This document shows, one piece after another, positions 63,436-64,000 of a stretch of DNA of 64,000 bases. Position 1 is the first letter of the stretch. Each line of letters starts with the position of its first letter. This DNA comes from Hemiscyllium ocellatum (lineage: Eukaryota). The position numbers and the translations under genes were made by a program. The notes below the pieces were generated by a model, which was not told the origin of the DNA, did not search any database, and worked only from the letters and a program-made list of their open reading frames with translations. The stretch covers positions 13,222,913 to 13,286,912 of the forward strand of contig NC_083405.1 in the NCBI RefSeq assembly GCF_020745735.1. The letters run 5' to 3'.

Positions 63436-63594
63436 ATTACATTAGATTACTTACAGTGTGGAAACAGGGCCTTCGGTCCAACAAGTCCACACTGACCCAC
63501 CGAAGCGCAACCCACCCATAACCCTACATTTACCCCTTACCTAACACTATGGGCAATTTAGCATGGCCAATTCACCTGACCCGCACATCTTTGG
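63436..63594 (-). mobile_element. 5'-truncated HE1-type SINE
   Basis: Tail through cacctgacccgcacatctttgga. Confidence 0.9.
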
Positions 63595-64000
63595 AGAAAT
63601 GGGGGAAAAAGAACGCTTCACAGCTCACAGAACGAGAATTGAAAAGCAGTTGAATCAAACCAAAAGTTCAGACAGGGAAGGAATATTTCCCTGGAGTTTG
63701 AGTAACTGGGAAGTGATGGTGTCCGGGAATAGACAGGATTTTGTTTTATAGGACGTTTGAAATTTTAAAAACTGTTATATTCAGATTGTTTTGATTCTTT
63801 TACTTTTATTTATTCTGGAATAAACTTTAACACAAGGTTTGCAAATTTTTTTTTAATGTAAAAGACAAATATTAAATAAAATCCATCAAACCTTCCCTCA
63901 CTGAAAACTGATGTGGAGGTGCAATCTCCTGGAGAATCTCTGCCCTGCCTACTTCTTCCATGACTATATATATACCTGGGAGATAGTATGGGGCAACTAT

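Overview
Elasmobranch (shark-like) genomic DNA, inferred from HE1-type SINEs and shark-type CR1 LINEs. The window is dominated by repeats, and I cannot support any intact protein-coding gene. It contains many CR1 LINE fragments, including a near full-length copy at 19.5-22.9 kb and an inverted ORF2 copy at 39.1-41.9 kb. There is also a second LINE family with a SINE sharing its 3' tail, and a Penelope-like (PLE) RT/GIY-YIG fragment. About ten short PLE terminal-repeat insertions occur, most with 10-16 bp target-site duplications (TSDs); many are fold-back palindromes and several carry a minimal hammerhead-ribozyme motif. A ~6.7 kb array of a 33-bp minisatellite lies at 32.3-39.1 kb, a decayed gag-pro-pol endogenous retrovirus at 45.3-48.9 kb, and C2H2 zinc-finger pseudogene remnants at 54.7, 60.4 and 61.9 kb. 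Old and very recent local duplications are also present. The most intriguing but least certain signal is that several non-repeat islands (0.3, 2.0, 2.6-3.2, 5.1-5.7, 25.2-25.8, 53.0-54.1, 55.5-56.0 and 58.5-58.8 kb) translate into stop- and frameshift-riddled sequences. By eye these follow the motif order of Mab-21/cGAS-like nucleotidyltransferases, suggesting a graveyard of an expanded cGAS-like receptor family. All family assignments are by eye from recalled motifs; no search was run, and repeat boundaries are approximate.
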